A stretch of 48,702 nt of DNA from Leucoraja ocellata (lineage: Eukaryota), in NCBI GenBank assembly GCA_036785375.1, contig JAWMAR010002754.1, forward strand, positions 62,001 through 110,702. Reading direction: 5' to 3'. Positions 25,420-37,174 of this stretch are shown one piece after another (the stretch's first letter is position 1; each line of letters begins with the position of its first letter). A program made the translations under genes and the position numbers. Below the pieces are notes generated by a model. The model was not told the DNA's origin, ran no database searches, and saw only the letters and a program-made list of their open reading frames with translations.

Positions 25420-26757
25420 CCCTCCGGAGAAATACCCTTAATGTCCACCAGAAGGCGATCAGACAAGCACGAAAACTGAANNNNNNNNNNNNNNNNNNNN
25501 NNNNNNNNNNNNNNNNNNNNNNNNNNNNNNNNNNNNNNNNNNNNNNNNNNNNNNNNNNNNNNNNNNNNNNNNNNNNNNNNNNNNNNNNNNNNNNNNNNNN
25601 NNNNNNNNNNNNNNNNNNNNNNNNNNNNNNNNNNNNNNNNNNNNNNNNNNNNNNNNNNNNNNNNNNNNNNNNNNNTGTTCGTGTGTTTGTGTGTTTGTCC
25701 GCCGGTGTGTGCCCGTTAGCGTCTGTGCGTGCGCGTTCATGTGTTTGTGGGTGTGTATGCCCGAGTGCGCCCGTGTGCCGGTATGTGTGTGGCGGCGCGT
25801 GTGTGTGTCCGTGTCTGCGTGCCNNNNNNNNNNNNNNNNNNNNNNNNNNNNNNNNNNNNNNNNNNNNNNNNNNNNNNNNNNNNNNNNNNNNNNNNNNNNN
25901 NNNNNNNNNNNNNNNNNNNNNNNNNNNNNNNNNNNNNNNNNNNNNNNNNNNNNNNNNNNNNNNNNNNNNNNNNNNNNNNNNNNNNNNNNNNNNNNNNNNN
26001 NNNNNNNNNNNNNNNNNNNNNNNNNNNNNNNNNNNNNNNNNNNNNNNNNNNNNNNNNNNNNNNNNNNNNNNNNNNNNNNNNNNNNNNNNNNNNNNNNNNN
26101 NNNNNNNNNNNNNNNNNNNNNNNNNNNNNNNNNNNNNNNNNNNNNNNNNNNNNNNNNNNNNNNNNNNNNNNNNNNNNNNNNNNNNNNNNNNNNNNNNNNN
26201 NNNNNNNNNNNNNNNNNNNNNNNNNNNNNNNNNNNNNNNNNNNNNNNNNNNNNNNNNNNNNNNNNNNNNNNNNNNNNNNNNNNNNNNNNNNNNNNNNNNN
26301 NNNNNNNNNNNNNNNNNNNNNAGTTCGCGAGCAGTGCTTATGTCATCCAGTGATACACTGTGATAACAGGCACTTCGGCCCAACTTGCCCATACCGGCAA
26401 ACATGTCCCTGCGACATTAGGCCCACCTGCCAGCTTTTGGTCCAAATCCCTCCCAACCTGTCCTATCCTTGTTCCTATGCTTGAAATTGAAATTATATTT
26501 ATTCACACCAGATAGGATCGCACGATCCATTTTCCAGATTTGGACGAGCATTCTCACTTTATGTAGAAAATTCCCTTCCTTGGTCCGCTACGCAGAACGC
26601 ATAATTATCATCGTGTCTGATTATTGGACCATCTACATTTGCTCACCAGCTCTTCAAAATATCCGGAAACGTTAGGGACGTACGTCCGTCGCTTTATTCA
26701 GTTGCGATGTCAGTAAATTGGTCCAATGATCTACTTCATCATGTGTGACTGGAGATA

Positions 26758-27420
26758 ATAGACAATAGACAATAGGTGCAGGAGTAGGCAATTCGGCCCT
26801 TCCAGCCGGCACCGCCCTTCAATGTAATCATGGCTGATCATCCACAATCAGTACATCGTTCCTGCCTTTTCCCCATATCCCCTGACTCCGCTATCTTAAG
26901 AGCCATATCTAGCTCTCTCTTGAAAGTATACAGAGAACCGACCTCCACCGCCCTTTGGAGCAGATAATTCAACATTCACAAATCTCTGTGTGAAAAATCG
27001 TTTCCACATCTCCGTTCTAAATGGCCAACCCTTTATTCTTAATATGTGGACACTAGTTCTGGACTCCCCCAAAATCGGGATCATCGTTCCTGCCCCTAGC
27101 GCGTCCAAACCCTTAATAATCTTATATGTTTCAAGAAGATACCCTCTCATCCTTCTAAATTCCAAAGGATGCAAGCCCAGCCGCTCCATTCTCTCAGCTT
27201 ATGACAGTCCCGCCATCCCGGAAATTAACCTGGTGAACGTAGTTGCACTATCTCAATAGCAAGAATGTCCTTCCTCAATTTAAGGGAGCAAAACAGCACA
27301 CCATATTCCAGGTGTGGTCTCACTCGGGCGCTGTACAATTGCAGAAGGGCCTTTTTGCTCCTCTTCTCAACTCCTCTTGTTCTGAAGGGCAACATGCCAT
27401 TCGCTTTCTTCACTGCCTGC
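26758..27420 (-). mobile_element. CR1 LINE 3' fragment
   Basis: VRPHLEYGV..., LEFRRMRG, FFTQRFVN; (ACAATAG)n tail. Confidence 0.9.
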
Positions 27421-27799
27421 AGCAGGTCCACATCACCTCTGGACAAGCGATGTTTACTTTAAACATTAAATGCTGTCTATACTCCACCTGCCCTCGCTCT
27501 CTATCTATATTGCAGTGTGACATCTCCACCGAGATTCGGTTCCACGGTTAACGAAAGCTGCCGCTGATCAAGTGGAGCCCAGAAACAACAGGTTGTTGGA
27601 ACAAGCGAATCAACTGACTAACAATTGAGGTTCTGAGCTGCAGGAAGAGACAGCACCGGCTCATACATTGACTGCAACAACCGTTGGAAGGACTTTACGA
27701 TTTTTGCCTTCCATCACAGTGAGGAGGTGCCTGGTGAACCCACTGTGGTGGATGTGACATTTGTGTTTATTGTGTGCCTCTGTCTTTTTTTATTATATA

Positions 27800-28197
27800 C
27801 TAGCCCAAGTGCAGACCCGTTGCCACCCCAACGGAGTTATCCCCCAACCCAATATTCCACCATGCACCCGTCTCCTCCAACGGAACTGAACCCGTTCCCA
27901 AATTTAAGATTCCAGCACTCCCCTGCCTCCCTCAGCAGTGGATTGAAAACAAACTGCAATTGCACCTACCCTGCCTGCTGCAGCAGTTCCAATCGCAATA
28001 CCAATTGGCCCTCCCCCTCCTGTTGAAGCACTTGTTGTGATATCCCATTGAGGTGAAAAGCTCAGAGTTTTCCTGTCTTGCAACTTTGTTTTGAAGTGTG
28101 TTGGAAGCTGATAGGAAGGAGCAGCGAATCAAAAGGCAGAAAGGCAGCCGGACGCCAGGCGGCAGGCGGCAGCCACATAGTTTTAATATATAATAGA
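27800..28197 (-). mobile_element. Non-autonomous Helitron-like element
   Basis: Minus strand starts A|TCTATTATATATTAAAAC and ends ACGGGTCTGCACTTGGGCTAG|T; no TSD; homologous to 31493-32070. Confidence 0.6.
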
Positions 28198-28425
28198 TAG
28201 GACTGCATGGCAACGAAATTTCGTTCAGACCGAAATGTCTGAATGACAATAAAGGCTACTGTGACTTTGACTTTGAATTCAGGACTCTGTGTGCATTGTT
28301 TCAAGTCGAGACGATGAGGTTTCCGCTAGCATTCTATGCGCTCAGTAATTGCATTCTACCGTTAGTGCCGCATCAGCGGTTGGAAGTTGCCCGCAACCTA
28401 CAACACCTGTGCCCCAGAAAAAAAC

Positions 28426-28464
28426 AATTATTGTACGAGGATTTAGCTCGCACCTATCACTGTG
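28426..28464 (-). other. 23-RSS of V-D
   Basis: CACAGTG + 23 nt + ACAATAATT (degenerate nonamer). Confidence 0.85.
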
Positions 28465-28766
28465 AGCCGTTGCGCAGTAATATACCGCTACATCAGACAA
28501 CCGTGGCCCAGGAATGGTTAGTCGATACTCTCTCGCTGTGTTATCCATCACATCAACAAAGCGGCGTTTAGCGAATTCCGCTTGAAAGTGATACTTGCCG
28601 CCAGGGTCTCTCCACACGACGAACTCTGGCCTTCTGCCTGGGTACTGACGGTACCAGTATAAATAATAGGCTTCACTGGTATAGGTGCAAATAAAAGTGA
28701 CATGATCGCCCTCCAACCGCTGGACGGCGGGCTCTCGTTGTGTCACGGAATCGGCATAGCTGAGAT
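28465..28766 (-). CDS. TCR alpha/delta-type V exon (V-D); leader probably the distant exon at 30191-30146
   Basis: GTCCCAG acceptor; DLSYADSVTQ...HVTFICTY...LYWYRQYPG...LSDVAVYYCATA; open frame; 23-RSS; no hydrophobic leader with an intact donor seen within about 1 kb upstream. Confidence 0.9.
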
Positions 28767-28975
28767 CTGGGACACGAAATAAGAACATTAGTCGGAACTT
28801 TGAATACAATCCTCATCGGCGGGAAAGAAAATGCAACTTAGTTCATTGTAGTGCAGATGATAGCATATTGGTTATCCCACGAGTATATCTGATACGGAGA
28901 TCCATTGAATCAAACAACGCACACACACACACAACCACTTCGATCGAGCTGTCCAATCGTAGCCACAACCTTTTA

Positions 28976-29490
28976 AACATAGAAACATAGACAATAGTTG
29001 CAGGAGTAGGCCATTCGGCCCTTCGAGCCAGCACCACCATTCAATATGAGCATGGCTGATCAACCACAATCAGTACCCCGTGCCAGCTTTCTCCTCATAT
29101 CCCCTGATTCAGTCAGACCAAAGAGCTAAATCTAACTTTCTCACGAAAAAATCCTCTGACTTGGGCTCCACTGCATTCTGTGGCAGAGAATTCCACAGAT
29201 TCAGAACTTTCTGAATGAAAAAGATTTTCTTCATCTCAGTCCTAAGTGGCCGACCCCTTATTCTTAAATATTTTATCCACGTTTGCCTCATACCCCTCTT
29301 AAAGGTGTCTGTTCGTTGCCAGTTCAAAATTATTTTGAATGCTGTTATTTTCATAAGGGCATCAGGTCATAAGTGATGGGAACACAATTGGGCCATTCTG
29401 TCCATCAAGTGTACTCCGCCATTCGATCATGGTCGATCTATCTCTCCCTCCTAACCCATTTCCCTGCATTCCCCCCATAACCTCTGACAC
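28976..29490 (-). mobile_element. CR1 3' fragments between V-D and its putative leader
   Basis: LRIRGRPLRTEM..FFIQKVLNLWNSLPQ; CATAGAAA tail. Confidence 0.85.
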
Positions 29491-29749
29491 CCGATTCAAC
29501 TCTCAGTTTCACCTACATCCTTTGGTAACTCGGTCCAAATACACACCGCCCGCTTTGGAAGAAGTGGCCACTTATGGCCCTATTAAATCTTACCGCTCCC
29601 GCTTTAAACCTACGCTCGGAATCTTCATTTTCCTGCTACTCTCAATGCCCCTCCTAATTTACACACCTCCGGCTATTACCACTCAATGTCTGCGCTCCAC
29701 GGAATACAATTGTCGCCTGCCTAAATTATCCCTGTAGCTCTGCCTCCCG

Positions 29750-29990
29750 ATTCGTGGCAATATCGTCGCAAATGATATCTGCATGTTTTGCAGCCGACTG
29801 GCATATTTTTAATTCGACTGCAGATGAAGAAGTTTCGCCACAAATCGCGCAGTTTATCGTGGATCAACTGGTATATTGCTCCATTGCATTTGCTGCCAAT
29901 ACCACACAGGTGAATCCGTTGTCTTCATCTCCATGCAATCGACACTTTCTTTTTGTGATCGGTGCTTACGGCCTTCATACCCCACGGGAA
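29750..29990 (-). pseudogene. Decayed V segment related to V-C
   Basis: Frameshifted KVSIA(C)EMKTTDSPVWYWQQ resembles V-C KVTLSCELKTTDTNPYVFWYKQ; no RSS seen. Confidence 0.5.
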
Positions 29991-30145
29991 AACCACTCAT
30001 CCCAACAGATCCGACCAGTGGTCAGACAACCCAGGGGTTTTCGATATATCTGTGTCTTTCATCTGAATCTCCGTGACCGTGAAATTGGTCAACTCTCCAG
30101 ACCCCAGAACGTTAGTTATATTGGGGAAAAACATAACAGCCTTAC

Positions 30146-30191
30146 CGACGATGAACCTCATCCACAGTGCAGCGAGTACAAAGACTCCCAT
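30146..30191 (-). CDS. V-gene leader exon (MGVFVLAALWMRFIV-)
   Basis: 46-nt ATG-initiated hydrophobic exon ending in phase-1 G|GTAAGG, the same size and phase as the V-C leader; in frame with V-D. Confidence 0.65.
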
Positions 30192-30410
30192 TTTTACTCT
30201 TTCCCGAAGTCAGAACTTTTTTGTTTCAGACACCTGTGCACATCGCTCGTAGTGCGTGGAGAGCAGGTGATGTGCTGCAGCAACGGAACTCCTGCTGATA
30301 ATCGATAGAACGACAGCTTACGTCTGCTTGGGCTTGATTTGACGTACCTCCCTGCTCCAGATTGTGACGTGTGCTCAGTGGGAGAATACAGAGAATGTCA
30401 GAGCCGATTG

Positions 30411-31152
30411 GACCAATAGACATTTTTTTTGCAAGCTTTAGAACCAATAGACATTTTTTTGCAAGCATTGTAGAACCAAAAGAGGCACTTTTTGCAAACA
30501 TTGTAGAACCAAAAAAGACACATTCTGCAAGCATTGTAGAACCAAAAGAGACACTTTTTGCAAACATTTTAGAACCAATAGACACCTTTTGCAAGCATTT
30601 AGAACCAATATACACTTTTTACAAGCATTTAGAGCCAATGGACATTTTTTGCAAGCTTTAGAACCAATAGACATTTTTTGCAAGCATTTTAGAACATATA
30701 GACTTTTTTTGCAAGTATTTTAGAACCAAAAAGACACATTCTGCAAGCATTATAGAACGAAAAGAGATACTTTTTGCAAACATTATATAACCGATAGATC
30801 CTTTTTGCAAGCATTTTGGAAACAATAGACGCTTTTTGCAAGCTTTAGAACCAATATACATTTTTTGCAAGCATTTTGGAACCAATAGTCATTTTTACAA
30901 GCTTTCGAACCATTAGACATGTTTTTGCAAACATTAGAACCAATATACATTTTACATGCATTTTAGAACCAATAGTCACTTTTTACAAGCTTTAGAACCA
31001 ATAGACATTTTTTTGCAAGCTTTAGAACCAATAGACATTTTTTGCAAGCTTTAGAACCAATAGACATTTTTTGCAAGCTTTAAAACCAATAGACACTTTT
31101 TGCAAACATTTTAGAACCAATGGACACTTTTTGCAAGCATTTAAGAACCACT
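30411..31152. repeat. 29-31 bp minisatellite, about 25 copies
   Basis: Unit approximately TTTAGAACCAATAGACATTTTTTGCAAGC. Confidence 0.95.
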
Positions 31153-32510
31153 AAGGGCACTCACATTTGAGTAGACATGTGGTCAGTGTTATTCACAGTT
31201 CAGAGAAACGTAACCCTCTGCCTTCCTCCATCTTGAAGAGTGAGTGAGGCACATCACTGCCTCGTTTTATAGTCCCTCTGCTGCCAGCGGGGGCAGCAGA
31301 GAGAATGGGGAATTTTGTAAAAACATTAATATCTCTGTCATTGTTCATCGACGGGAAAGATCCTCGGCACACATGCGGCGGAGGGGTGCTCTGAGCAAGG
31401 TGGCCAAAATGACGGCCGTAGGTGGCGGCGTTTTCTCGGAAATCGCAGCACAGACGGCCGAAAGCAGTCAAGAACAGAGATTTAGTAATATACTAGACCA
31501 AGTGCAGACTCTGCTCCCCCAATGTTGTGATCCCCAACCCAATATTCCACCATGCACCCGTCTCCTCCAATGGAACTGAAGCCGTTCTCAAAAGTAAGAT
31601 TCCAGCACTGCCCTGCCTCCCTCAGCAGTGGATTAAAAAACAATCCAATGGCACCTACCCTGCCTGCTGCAGCAGTTAAAAGTTCAGAGTGTTCCTGTCT
31701 TGCAACTTTGTTTCGAAGTGCGTTGGAAGCTGACATGTAAATGGAGAAGCCAGTTTATTCTTGAAATACTTGGGGGTGGGGGCGAGTAGGATTTGATTGA
31801 AAACGTGTACTTCAGCACGACGAAATGTAATGAGGGGCGGATACTTAGAAAGAAAAGCGAAATCTCTACCGAAATGGAAAAGATCTCGGAGATTGAGCGT
31901 CTGGATTGGGCGTGGCAATGAATCAAAGGAAGAAATGCAGCCGGCAGCCGTACATGCAAATGGATCCATTCCGATTGGACATCTGCGAGCATCGGCCATT
32001 CCGATTGGACATCTGCGAGTTTCGGGCACGAATCAAAAGGCAGAAAGGGATCCGGACGGCAGCCGGANNNNNNNNNNNNNNNNNNNNNNNNNNNNNNNNN
32101 NNNNNNNNNNNNNNNNNNNNNNNNNNNNNNNNNNNNNNNNNNNNNNNNNNNNNNNNNNNNNNNNNNNNNNNNNNNNNNNNNNNNNNNNNNNNNNNNNNNN
32201 NNNNNNNNNNNNNNNNNNNNNNNNNNNNNNNNNNNNNNNNNNNNNNNNNNNNNNNNNNNNNNNNNNCGATGGGTCCCATGTTCACACGGGAGGGCTGGCC
32301 TCCCAATGCAATATTCCACCTCTTCACCAATTAAAATATTGGTAGCCAGTGGGGGGGGGGGGGCTTTCTGGAGGGCTAGTATTGGTATTGTGGGCTGAAG
32401 GGACTGATTGCAAGAGGGCTAGTATGGACATTGTTGGCCAAATGGATTCTTAGGGTGACAGCTCAGTCACTCAAGCCTGATATGCTGGCAGCTCACTCAC
32501 GGCTGGAGTG

Positions 32511-33055
32511 CGAGCAGTTTCAAGCACGGTTCATGGCTACCAAATTCAATTGCAGTTTCATACCACTTCAAGCAGGGTACAAGGCTACCACATTCAGGTG
32601 CAGTTTCACACCACTTCAAGCAGGGTGCAGGGCCACCGAATTCAAGTGCAGTTTCCGACCACTTCAAGCAGGGTGCAAGGCCACCAAATTCAAGTACAGT
32701 TTCATACCACTTTAAGCAGGGTGCAGGGCCATGTAACTCAAGTTCAGTTTCCTACCATTTCAAGTAGGGTGCAGGGCCACCAAACTCAAGTGCAGTTTCC
32801 TACCACTAAGCAGGGTGCAGGGCCACCAAACTCAAGTGCAGTTTCATGCCACTTCAAGCAGGTTGCAAGGCCAACACATGCAAGTGCTGTTTAATGCCAT
32901 GTCAAGCAGGGTGCAAGGCAACCAAATTCACGTGCAGTTTCATACCACTTCAAGCAGGGTGCAAGACAACTAAATTGAAGTGCAGTTTCATACCATTTCA
33001 AGTAGGGTGCAAGGCCAAAACATTCAAATGCAGTTTCATACCATTTCAAGCGGGA
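32511..33055. repeat. 48-bp minisatellite, about 11 copies
   Basis: Unit CAAGCAGGGTGCAAGGCCACCAAATTCAAGTGCAGTTTCATACCACTT; starts at 32521 and 32569. Confidence 0.95.
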
Positions 33056-33430
33056 TGAAACCACCATAAAACCACCATAAAACACTACACTCACAGTTCA
33101 GTAGATATTCAGTGTGTTCAGTTGATTCACACCTCAGACAGAGTAGTGACCTCTCCCTCCCCCAACGTGCAGAGACTGAGCCACGCCCATACTTCCAGGT
33201 TTTATTATCCCACCCCCTCCCAAAGGAAAGGGTGTGGCTTTCATGGCGTGATTGACAGGAGAGAGATTCTCAACATTTTTTTAAACTCTAAAAACACCTT
33301 TATTTTTAATTGATGGGAAGAATCCTCTGCACCTGATATGCAGGGTACTGAGTAAGATGGCCAAAAATCACAGCCGTAATTGGTAGCGTTTAATCTAAAA
33401 TCAATATACATTGCAAACAGGAAGTTGTCA

Positions 33431-33560
33431 AGTTACCACCACCAACAACCACTGCAGTGCAGCATTTCAAAGCAGTTACCACCACCAACAACCATTTGCA
33501 GTGCAACATTTCAAAGCAGTTGCCACCACCAACCATTTGCAGTGCAGCATTTCAAAGCAA
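33431..33560. repeat. About 43-bp tandem repeat, 3 copies
   Basis: AGTTACCACCACCAACAACCA.TGCAGTGCAGCATTTCAAAGC. Confidence 0.85.
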
Positions 33561-34129
33561 CCACATTTTCATTTTCAAATCACATTAAGGGCACTCACAG
33601 TTGAATGGACACGTGTTAAGTGTTATTCACAGCTCAGAGAGACGTGACCCTCTCACTTCCTCAATCTTGCAGAGACTGAGTGAGGGACATCACTTCCGGG
33701 TTTTATAGTCCCTCCCCCCTCCCACCAGCAGGGGCGGCAGAGAGAATGTCAACATTTAAAAAATATTAATAACTCTTTTATTTTTCATCAATGGGAAAAA
33801 AATCGTCGTGTACTACGCAGCGGAGCGGGACTCTGAGTAAGATGGATAGAAATCACAGCCGTAAGTGGCATCGTTTTTTCAAAAATCACGAAACAGGAAA
33901 ACAGCAAGTGGTCAAGATCTTACTTTTAGTAATATAGATAGATACGGAAAACAGCAAATAGTTGTTTTGGAGTGTTGAACGTTGAGAGGGGACCATGTGA
34001 CTTACCTTCACCTCACAATTTAGTCCTAAGGAAAGGCCTAGAGCTTCAGTAGTTTTATATGTCGAATCATTTCATTGTTCGGAGTCGCAACCAATTATAT
34101 TTTCAGATATGATCAAATTATTGCGAGCG

Positions 34130-34193
34130 GATTGGATAAATGCAAGCGGCCTTAATTTTGATTGGATGGATGGAAGCTGCAAGCTGATTGGAT
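34130..34193 (+). promoter_or_regulatory. Three inverted CCAAT boxes upstream of V-E
   Basis: GATTGGAT at 34130, 34160 and 34186, about 120-180 nt before the leader ATG. Confidence 0.5.
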
Positions 34194-34309
34194 GCTTCAT
34201 TCAAAGCCAGCAGCGACGCAATAATCAGCGAGGCCGGATATCGCATAATATCTTCACTGCAAACAATTTCAGAGTCAGTCCTCTTTGTTCAGGACGGTCG
34301 CCGGCCGAC

Positions 34310-34844
34310 ATGTTCGCAGTTCTTGCTCATTTGTTTTATTTCGCTGTAGCTCTTTTCACAAGTAAGCTCGCAAAGTATACGGTTTCCCTTATCACGTGTC
34401 GCTGATATCGAAAATCTCCCCGCCGGCTACTTCGACTTTGATCTATCTCAGTTGAATATGTCCAACCTCTCCTCGCGAATATTGGGCTGTATTAATTTAA
34501 AATACAAAAATGTTGATGTGTTTTTAAATTATTGCAGGTGTCGTTGCCATAGACTCAGTCTCACAGGAACCGTCTAACTTGACGCCGGTGGAAGGAGACT
34601 CGGCGAAAATTAACTGCAGGTATTCAACTACGGCTGATATGTATTCTTTGCATCTGTACCGTCAGAAACCGAACAGTGGCTTCACCTTCCTGATTCTCAT
34701 CCCATCCTTCGGAAACATTTCCAGGGCACAAATTGTGGGTCCTCGAATTTCCGCGTCCCTCGACACTTCGAGAGGCGAAAGTTCATTCACCCTGGCTGGA
34801 GTGGAGCTGTCTGACGGAGCCGTATATTACTGCGTGCTGAGAGA
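34310..34844 (+). CDS. TCR alpha/delta-type V gene segment (V-E): leader exon 34310-34361, V exon 34538-34844; Trp41 replaced by Leu
   Basis: Leader MFAVLAHLFYFAVALFT with A|GTAAG donor; TTGCAG acceptor; DSVSQEP...GDSAKINCRY...LHLYRQKP...LSDGAVYYCVLRD; 23-RSS. Confidence 0.92.
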
Positions 34845-34883
34845 CACGGTGCCACTATCCATGAGCGGCCTCGTACAAAAACT
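34845..34883 (+). other. 23-RSS of V-E
   Basis: CACGGTG + 23 nt + ACAAAAACT. Confidence 0.9.
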
Positions 34884-35012
34884 ATGCCGCCTCAGAAAAA
34901 AAACATCGCGAGAACGTTGGGATTAGATTGTGGTGAGTGGCAGGCGGGGGGAGATATTCGGCAAACCTGCACCGAAACCACCAATGTTGCTCAGAGGACA
35001 GACACCGTATGA

Positions 35013-35757
35013 ACATAGAAACATAGAAACATAGAAATTAGGTGCAGGAGTAGGCCATTCGGCCCTTCGAACCTGCACCGCCATTGAATATGATCATGGC
35101 TGATCATGCAACTCAGTATCCCGTACCTGCCTTCTCTCCATACCCCCTGACCCCCTTAGCCACAAGGGCCACATCTAACTCCCTCTTAATGAACTGGCCT
35201 CAACTACTCTCTGTGGCAGAGAGTTCCAGAGATTCACCACTCTCTGTGTGAAAAATGTTCTTCTCATCTCGGTTTTAAAGGCTTTTCCCCTTATCCTTAA
35301 GCTGTGACCACTTGTCCTGGACCTCCCCAACATCGGGAACAATCTTCCTGCATCTAGCCTGTCCAACCCCTTAAGAATTTTGCAAGTTTCTATAAGATCC
35401 CCTCTCAATCTCCTAAATTCAAGAGAGTATAAACCAAGTCTATCCAGTCTTTCTTCATAAGACAGTCCTGACATCCCAGGAATCAGTCTGGCGAACCTTC
35501 TCTGCACTCCCTCTATGGCAATAATGTATTTCCTCATATTTGGAGACCAAAACTGTACGCAATGCTCCAGGTGTGGTCTCACCAAGACCCTGTACAACTG
35601 CAGTAGAACCTCCCTGCTCCTATACTCAAAGCATTTTGCAATGAAAGCTAACATACCATTCGCTTTCTTTACTGCCTGCTGCACCTGCATGCCTACCTTC
35701 AATGACTGGTGTACCATGACACCCAGGTCTCGCTGCATCTCCCCCTTTCCCAATCGG
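35013..35757 (-). mobile_element. CR1 LINE 3' fragment
   Basis: Near-identical to 355-1517; (CATAGAAA)3 tail. Confidence 0.95.
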
Positions 35758-36519
35758 AACGAACAGGATGCCACCCGATATCTAGATAGAAATATTATGA
35801 CTTCCTCATCAGTGCCTGTATTTTCGATTCAGTTGGAGGGAGTTTCCTCTGACAACATACGAATGGAAGTTAATGCGATGTTTCAGCGGATGGTGCAAAT
35901 AATAAAGTCACATCTTGGAAATCGATCAGGAACTATAGGGGACGATAGGGGACGATCAGCCATGATCACAATGAATGGCTGTGCTGGCTCGAAGGGCCGA
36001 ATGGCCTCCTCCTGCAACTATCTTCTGTGTTTCTATGTTTCTAAAAGGGAAAATATTGGCAATATTCACAATTCTGCATATTTGGAAAGATAAAAGGGAA
36101 CGGACCTGGAATGTTGTGGTTTGGGCACTGCAGATTAGTGTACAGGATTTAATCTTCAGTGTTCGAAGGTGTGAGCAGAATGGTCGGTTGGTTGGTCACT
36201 GCTGCTCTGAGCGGAATGACATTCTTAGGCGTCGGCAGTTTGTGTGTCTTCGCGCTGAGAGCGATTTCTAACGTCACACCTCCGACGGCGCCCTCTGGTG
36301 TTAACTCAGGGGATTCTCAAATTACTTTCCATCGGCTGCTGTGTCTGAGCTGTATACCTTAGATCTTAAAACAGGGCGGTCGCAATGTTATCGAATGGCT
36401 CACCGTCAGAACGGTTCCAAAGAATGGAATAGGAGTGGAACACTTTGGTCGCAGCAGTTTTACGCACCCTGGTTTACGCCACACCTGGATTGGAATTGTG
36501 GTCGCCCCATTACACGAAT

Positions 36520-36940
36520 AATAGAAACATAGAAACATAGAAAATAGGTGCAGGAGTAGGCCATTCGACCCTTCGAGCCTGCACCGCTATTCAATATGAT
36601 CATGACTGATCATCCAACTCAGAATCCCATACCTGCCTGATCCCTTTAACCACAAGGGCCACATCTATCTCCCTCTTAAATATATCCAATGAACTGGCCT
36701 GAACTACCTTCTGTGGCAGATAATTCCACAGAATCACCACTATCTGTGTAAACAATGACTTCTCATGTCGGTCCTAAAAGATTTCCCCCTTTATCCTTAA
36801 ACTGTGACCCCCTTGTTCTGGACTTCCCCAACATCGGGAACAATCTTCCTGCATCTAGCCTGTCCAACCCCTTAAGAATTTTGTAAGTTTCTATAAGATC
36901 CCCCCTCAATCTTCTAAATTCTAACGAGTACAAGCCGATG
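36520..36940 (-). mobile_element. CR1 LINE 3' fragment
   Basis: Same family 3' end and tail. Confidence 0.9.
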
Positions 36941-37174
36941 CTTAGGCTTTGGAGAGTAGGCTGGACGTTTAGCAGAATATTGTCCGGATTGCAGATTATT
37001 ACACATTAGAAGCAGTTGGGCAAACGTGGATTGTTCCTACTGTAGCCTCGGGGAAAGCGTAGAAATCGTTTTCCCTCAGCCGGATAGGGACATCCAAGAT
37101 TATAAGGCATTGCTTTGATACAATAAAAACTAAGTTTAAAATATGCGCGGCAGAAGTATTTTACACAATGTTTT

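Larger units (their letters stand above)
30390..33938 (-). mobile_element. Two head-to-tail Helitron-like elements (about 30390-31491 and 31493-33938) carrying minisatellites
   Basis: Both end on the + strand in TTTAGTAATATA(GA); 31155-31490 is homologous to 33588-33938; the second begins A-CTAGACCAAGTGCAGAC (3' CTAG on the minus strand). Confidence 0.6.

Noticed and set aside
30411-33055. Regular 30-bp and 48-bp repeats resembling a CRISPR array or repeat-protein ORFs
   Set aside because: Units are contiguous with no unique spacers, there are no cas genes, and the context is vertebrate; the ORFs are by-products of the periodicity
33995-34045. J-like remnant (TKL..V/E then GTAAG) on the minus strand
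   Set aside because: No FGxG motif, in-frame stops and no 12-RSS upstream
10357-34844. Possibility that the V segments are IgH V, IgNAR/NAR-TCR V or Ig-like TAILV
   Set aside because: They lack VH-type WVRQ..GKGLEW/YYCAR and NAR-type framework motifs; endings such as CVLRD, CAFE and CAMS fit TCR alpha/delta. Alpha versus delta cannot be decided from this window.
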